Origin: Eledone cirrhosa | Lineage: Eukaryota | DNA: 64,000 bases | Reading direction: 5' to 3' | Assembly (NCBI GenBank): GCA_964016885.1 | Contig: OZ024761.1 | Coordinates: forward strand, 14,136,001 to 14,200,000 | Part shown: positions 57,972-64,000 of the stretch, piece by piece | Layout: each line of letters opens with the position of its first letter | Position numbering within the stretch: the stretch's first letter is position 1 | Position numbers and translations under genes: made by a program | Notes under the pieces: model-generated | What the model saw: only the letters and a program-made list of their open reading frames with translations | Databases searched by the model: none | What the model was told of the DNA's origin: nothing

Positions 57972-60370
57972 AGGGCCATCTCCAATCTGCTTGCTTTGAT
58001 TGGAAGAGGGAGGATTGGAACTTGTACTGCACTGAGCTACAGCGCCCAAACTGGCATGAGATGTATAACTCTGGAGATGTGAACTCTATACTCCAGAGCA
58101 TCCTGGACTCAATATGGATAGCGTGTGCAGCATCAGTGCCACGGAAGCGGAAAAATAACCACCCCAAAAGTGCAATCTGGGAAACTTCAGCGGTCCGACT
58201 TGCCAGGAAAGAACGTCGGAACGCTGAACGGGAATATAAACTGCATAGATCAGATGCCAACAGAAAAAAGCGGAATAAATCTTCTAACCATCTCAAGCAA
58301 GTGACAAAGAAGGCAGTGCTTGAATTTGAACAGTGCATCGCAACCAATCCTGACAGTAAGGTGTTCTGGAAATATGTTCATTCAAAGCAGAGACCTCACT
58401 CTCCAGTTGGTCCTCTTCGCAATCCCCACACAAGCCAGATCACTGACGATCCCAAGGAATGCGCAGAACTCATTGCTGAGTGCTATGCAAGTATTTTTAC
58501 TGTTGAAAACCAGAATGTACCATCTCCACCATCTCTAACATCAAATTCCATAACAACTATGGAATTTACACCTGCAATGTTGCGACATCACCTTAAGAAT
58601 AAGCGCAACTATGCCTCCCCTGGTCTTGATGGTGTGACATACCTGCTTCTCAAACGTGGCGGGGATTTCCTTTTGCGCCAGCTTTCTTTTTTCTTTCAAT
58701 ACTGTCTCAGCAATGGTGCTACTCCGGAGCAGTGGAAAACTGCCAGTGTCATTCCCCTGTTCAAAAAGGGCAACCGCATGTCACCTGTCAACTATCGTCC
58801 AGTCAGTCTTACTAGCTGTATGGCCAAACTGATGGAATCCTGTGTCAGAGAAACACTTTGGAACTTCTGGAGCTCTCACAGCCTCATCCGGCCCTCACAG
58901 TTTGGATTTATCCCTAACTCCAGCTGCTGTGATCAGCTTATCGAGTTTCTTGAGGACATCACCCGGATCACTGACAGCGGCTCATGAGTGGATGTTGTTT
59001 ACCTGACTTTGCTAAGGCTTTTAATTCTGTGCCACACAAAAGACTTATGGCAAAACTCTCTGCAATGGGTGTGAGGGATGATCTTTTCGACTGGCTGAAA
59101 TCCTTCATTCTCAGCCGAAAGGAAGTAGTCACGGTTCTAGGACAGCATTCTTCACCATATGAGATGTCATCTGGTGTACCACAGGGATCTGTTCTTGGTC
59201 CTCTTTTGTTTGTGGCATATATTAATGACATAGATGCCAACTTACAGAATGCCACGGTACTAAAATATGCAGATGACATCAAGCTGTACCTTGAAATCAA
59301 AATAACTGATCCTGAAATTTACAACTCTTTCTTACAATCAGACCTGGACACAATGCAGCAATGGATCACAGACTGGCAACTGAAGCTGGCTGTGAACAAG
59401 TGTACCACCATGCATTTTGGAAGGAAAAATCCAGCATCCACATACTCCCTCCACAACACTGACATCAAAAAGTCCTCTTGTGAACGTGACCTGGGCATTA
59501 CTGTCAGCAACGATTTGCGTTGGCCAAAGCATGTCTCTAAGATTGTCAAGAAGGCCGAGGGTGTCTTGGCATCACTCAGCAAGACCTTTGTTAGCCGCTC
59601 TCCAGCCATCTATTTAAAACTGTATACAGCTATGGTGCAACCACACTTGGAATTCGCATCATCAGTCTGGAACCCCTATCTTGCTCGGAACATTGACCTC
59701 CTGGAAACTGTTCAGAGACGTGCAACCAAGCGCATACCCTCCATCAGACACCTACCATACTCTGAACGCCTTGCTTCCCTGGGCATGGATTCATTGAAGC
59801 TCCGACGTCTGGCAATGGACTTGGTGAATACCCACAAAGTTTTTAACCATCTCGCCAACTGCAACCCTGAGCGCCTCTTTGATCTCCATGTGTCTAACAC
59901 ACGTGGACATGCCTACAAGATAAGAAAACAGCACAGCTCCCATGACTTTCGCAGACATTTTTTCACGCTCAGAGTTGCTGAAGCATGGAACAAACTGCCT
60001 GCGTCAATTGTTAGCTGCCGAGACACTGCATCCTTTAAGACACTCATGCTTCCCGAAATACGCCAAAACTACACCTGATGTACCCCTTCCATACACATGC
60101 ACACATGTGTGTATCATGACTCGTGCACTGTTCATTTTACTGATGTTTGTGCATTGCCCTATGTACTGTACATGCACTTTTTTGATGAGTTGTGGTGCAC
60201 CTGGGCACTGTACACAATATTTCATTATTGTTATTGTTATTATATCATGACTCATACACTGTTTATTTTCCTGACATTTGTACATTATTCTATGTACTAT
60301 ACATGCACCTTTGATGAGTTGTAGTGCACCTGAGCACTGTACACAATAATTTCATTATTATTATTATTAT
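57968..60370 (+). mobile_element. 5'-truncated CR1-group LINE
   Basis: RT ORFs 58022-58987 and 58984-60078; 3' UTR with 2x131-bp imperfect repeat and (ATT)n tail. Confidence 0.92.
58022..60078 (+). pseudogene. CR1-type reverse transcriptase with premature stop and 1-bp frameshift at ~58985-59005
   Basis: PGLDG, NYRPVSLTS, QFGF, GS*VDVVYL/DFAKAF, SGVPQGSVLGPLLF, YADD, ERDLG, TRGH, FFTLRVAEAWNKLP. Confidence 0.92.
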
Positions 60371-60373
60371 ATA

Positions 60374-60499
<126 letters not shown>

Positions 60500-60575
60500 C
60501 AGAGGAAGGTGGTAAGGAACTAGGTGGACCATAATGCACTAGAGTACTCGATAATTAGGGTAGTAGAGTGGGTAA

Positions 60576-60684
60576 TAGGAAAAGAGTCAGGACCCCGACG
60601 GCTGAGCTCCGACCGTTTCGATTGCTAGATCTAGCTGACGAAACGGCCGGAGCTCAGCCGTTGGGGTCCTGACTCCTTTCCTAT
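60576..60684. repeat. GC-rich fold-back hairpin; each arm carries a hammerhead 3' half
   Basis: AGTCAGGACCCCGACGGCTGAGCTCCGACCGTTTCG / CGAAACGGCCGGAGCTCAGCCGTTGGGGTCCTGACT; right arm ends at (TA)n. Confidence 0.9.
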
Positions 60685-60707
60685 ATATATATATATATAT
60701 ATATATA

Positions 60708-60872
60708 CGTAGGTCCCGGGTTGAGTCGGGGATAACCACAGTAAGTAAGGTACTCAATACATGGCAGAGTAAAATTTGTTTATTTTATAGAAGGAGCTTC
60801 TACAGGACTAGTACTGAAGATTTCATCTGAATGAAACAGTACTAGTCCTGTAGAAGCTCCTTCTATAAAATA
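60708..60872. mobile_element. Penelope-like fragment, family H2, with fold-back (60781-60872) and hammerhead-like core
   Basis: CTGAAGA-TTTCATCTGAAT-GAAACAGTA; arms TTATAGAAGGAGCTTCTACAGGACTAGTACTG / CAGTACTAGTCCTGTAGAAGCTCCTTCTATAA. Confidence 0.65.
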
Positions 60873-60911
<39 letters not shown>

Positions 60912-61167
60912 AAATAGTAGAAAGGAAAAAGATGTTTTCAGTGAAATATCAAAACATTAAGTTATTCACAATACCAGCATTAAATGCATTGTCAAATGCG
61001 GAGATGCAGAATATTAAGTTGCATATTTGTACTAATAGTGAAAATAATAAAATAGAGAGGGGAAGAAAAATTTATTTTTACATACATGTTCATTCAGAGA
61101 CGAAGGTTAATTTCTCTGTCCATCTTTCTATGCTAATGGCTTGGTTGTGTGTGTGTGTGTGTGTGTG

Positions 61168-61223
<56 letters not shown>

Positions 61224-61265
61224 AAAGAACACAAGAGCGTCTACAACATCAAAAGATTTTTATTG

Positions 61266-61310
61266 GCTTACAATGTTTCTTCCTTACGTAACCGTAGGAT
61301 TCGTCAGAGC
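61266..61310 (-). ncRNA. Type-I hammerhead ribozyme motif (element ~61220-61420)
   Basis: GCT-CTGACGA-ATCCTACG GTTA CGTAAGGAA-GAA-AC ATT GT-A-AGC then CAATAAAA; GUA site. Confidence 0.78.
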
Positions 61311-61679
61311 TATAAAAGGGGTTTGATTGGTGTTATGGACTCTACAAACCAAACATTCAAGAACAAAGAGTAAAGAGAGTAAAGAGCAAAAGTAGGGGAC
61401 GATATATATATATATATATATATAGACAGTAAGTCCCCAACTAACGAACAAGTTCGTAAGTTGATCGTCTAACTCAATACATACAAGTAAGCCCATATAT
61501 GTTACATCAATACTGCAGGTTTCCATATGTGTGATATATATATAGTAGAGTTATATATAACATGTAATATAGAGGTATATATAACATTATATAGCGGTAT
61601 ATATAACATGAAATATAGAGGTATATATAACAGTATATAGAGGTATATATAATATATAATACAGAGGTGTATATAACAA

Positions 61680-62083
61680 TATATGGTGGCTGCCAACTCG
61701 TTTTCGAGTACGGCCACAACTTTATATCCATGTACGAGGACCCCTACCGATGCGCTCAACAAGTGTGACTTTTTAGTCCAGCCAGCGACTTGAAAACTCT
61801 GGTACAAACACTACACTTGTGACAATTATTGACACATAGTGCTGGGCCCATGGTACCATGTGACGACAAGTGCAGAGAGATCTCCAGATATAAAGCAATG
61901 CCTGTGCCGTGAAGCTTTTATAGTGAGCAATGGCACTGCACAAAGCCAGTCCCACTCTCTTAACCAAGATGATATTTACCAAAAAGAAGAACAATTCAAC
62001 ATCATTGGATACCATCAGGGTTGCAGGTGTTATATCAGAGTTTTCCTTCTCCTAGAATTCTGCCTTGACAAAGGCTAAGGGGT
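61680..62083 (-). mobile_element. Second, inverted copy of the C2H2-tailed RTE derivative
   Basis: Reverse complement of 55722-56124 with scattered substitutions. Confidence 0.85.
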
Positions 62084-62318
62084 AATAATGAATTTAAATA
62101 CTGTAAAGCTAATGATAATAAATTGTTAAAGAAAAAATATACTTTTTCAATTCTGCGAAAACAGAATGGTATTCCATACCGTAGGTAGGTTTTCAGTTTG
62201 TTTTTATGCTGCAAGAGAAGGAACCCGAAAGAGCCCACAAAAACGCAAATTTCAAAACAGACAAGATATTTTTTCTTCGTGAGACTGTTCATATCTGCAT
62301 CGCAAGTCCGTATGTAGG

Positions 62319-62505
62319 ATGTTTGCGGTAGTGCCCTTGGCAGGGGAGTTTGGTGTCCTCGGCCCTAGGGCTACTTCCCTACTCACCACCATAAGCGCTG
62401 AGCTGGCCAGACGCAGGTGTGAGCCTCACGACATGGAATGGTTCTTCCAGCGCATCTCCCTTACCATCCCCCAGGGAAACGCCTTCTCCATTCTGTCCGC
62501 CGGGG
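62319..62505 (+). mobile_element. CRE-clade non-LTR retrotransposon RLE C-terminal fragment
   Basis: VPLAGEFGVLGPRATSLL...WFFQRISLTIPQGNAFSIL resembles the CRE motif QRISIAIQRGNA. Confidence 0.7.
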
Positions 62506-62516
62506 TTGTGGGGAGG

Positions 62517-62716
62517 CCAGCACGTGGGACCCCATTTGCTCACCATACAGAGAGATGGGAAGGGCCAGAGAGATGGAGGCGATGACAGTGGGAGTTCGGC
62601 TCTTCCACGTTCGGACCCAGCACGTGGGACCCCATTTTCTCACCATACAGAGAGATGGGAAGGGCCAGAGAGATGGAGGCGATGACAGTGGGAGTTCGGC
62701 TCTTCCACGTTCGGAC
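62517..62716 (+). repeat. 100-bp tandem duplication
   Basis: CACGTGGGACCCCATTT at 62521 and 62621. Confidence 0.95.
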
Positions 62717-63427
62717 CATATCCTTGTGGTTGTGTTTATCATCTATAGACTACACTAATTATTTATTTCCAGTACTTGCTACAGTAAGTATATTTAATCT
62801 ATTTACTCCAAACCCGACAAATCGAAATGATTTCACTTTAAATACTGAAAATAATATTTCTATTCTATTCCTAATTTCAGTAAGTTTTTGAGTTTGAAGG
62901 AAATACACCGTAATTTTTAAAAACTTTTTGCTACAAACAAAACTCACATCTTTTAGTTTTATTTATCTTAATCTTCGAAAAAAATATATTACTTTTCTTA
63001 CTACAAGCAGAATGTAAAACGACCTTCAGTTTGTTTTGTTTTATCATATACTAAAGACTTTGCTTGTTTTTTTTTATATCTTTCGCTGATGTATTGTATT
63101 TTGAAGTATGATGGATTAATTATATATATATATCACCTTACTGACATAATACCTGGCAGTTAACAATAGAAAATAGTAACCTTAGTAAACACGAAAGAAC
63201 AGCCGAACTCCCACTGTCATTTTGAAGCATTGTGTTTTGTTTTGATGTGATCTATTTTCTGAAATAGTAATTGTATTTCGTTGTATTTCTAATTAGTTAC
63301 TGAAATATTGTAATTGGTGCTCTGTATTGCTGTCATTCGCTAAGGTAAGGTTTTTAGAGTACTATATTTTTAACTTATTTTATTTTCTGAGGTAGTAATT
63401 GTATTTCGTTTTATTATTTTTAAATTA

Positions 63428-63940
63428 CCATATTTCCCGGGCGCCGAAGACCCTTCGTCCTTGAGGACGGACCCTAATTTTGACAACCAAAAATTTGAAA
63501 ACAAATAATTGTTTCTACTTTAGGCACAAGGCCAGCAATTACCCAGTGCATTACTGGTACTTTATTTTATCGACCCCGTAAGGATGAAAGGCAAAGTCAA
63601 CCTCGGTGGGATTTGAACTCGGTTTCTTATATAGGAACAAGGCCAGCAATTTGGGGGGGAGGGGGGACAGTCGATTAAATCGACCTTAGTGCGTGACTGG
63701 TACTTTATTTTATCGACCCCGTAAGGATGAATGGCAAAGTTAACCTCGGCGGGATTTGAACTCACATCATAAAGGACCGTAACTCTATGTTGCAAAGAAT
63801 GGTGTCCGACCCTCTACCGATACTGCCAATCCACCGCCCTTAAAAAAAAAATTTGTAAACCTTCGGCCTCCAGGACGCATGGTAGATTTTTGAGACTTAT
63901 TTTAGGAAAAAAGTAGTGTCTTCGACGCCTGGAAATATGG
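63428..63940. mobile_element. Tc2/pogo-like MITE (TA TSD) containing two nested minus-strand SINEs (63507-63839)
   Basis: TA-CCATATTTCCCGGGCGCCGAAGAC ... GTCTTCGACGCCTGGAAATATGG-TA. Confidence 0.75.
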
Positions 63941-64000
63941 TAATTGATTATTATAAAGTACCAGTAATGCACTGAGTAATTGCTGAGTAATTGCAAAAGT

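Overview
Very AT-rich, repeat-dominated eukaryotic DNA, most likely an octopus (coleoid cephalopod). This call rests on a syntaxin exon that matches the squid-type C-terminus as I recall it, octopus-style SINEs and RTE LINEs, and extensive (TA)n/(CA)n/(TAA)n microsatellites. Most of the ORF track is microsatellite artefact (YIYI/CVCV). The only confident host coding feature is the terminal transmembrane exon of syntaxin-1 (11089-11169, +). The rest is a retroelement graveyard: a 5'-truncated RTE LINE with RT and an internal PHD-like finger, a 5'-truncated CR1-group LINE, fragments of R4/Dong, CRE, other RLE-type, Tx1-like and further RTE LINEs, a degenerate Ty3/Gypsy gag-pro-RT relic, many tRNA-derived SINEs, several MITEs and several minisatellites. 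Two things stand out. (1) About 15 intact, degenerate or partial minimal type-I hammerhead ribozyme motifs of several families lie in short Penelope-like fragments embedded in (TA)n tracts. (2) At least 10 local fold-back palindromes recur in which one arm ends at a (TA)n tract; one of them can be polarised against a paralogous copy that lacks it. All coordinates were read by eye and are approximate to a few bases.
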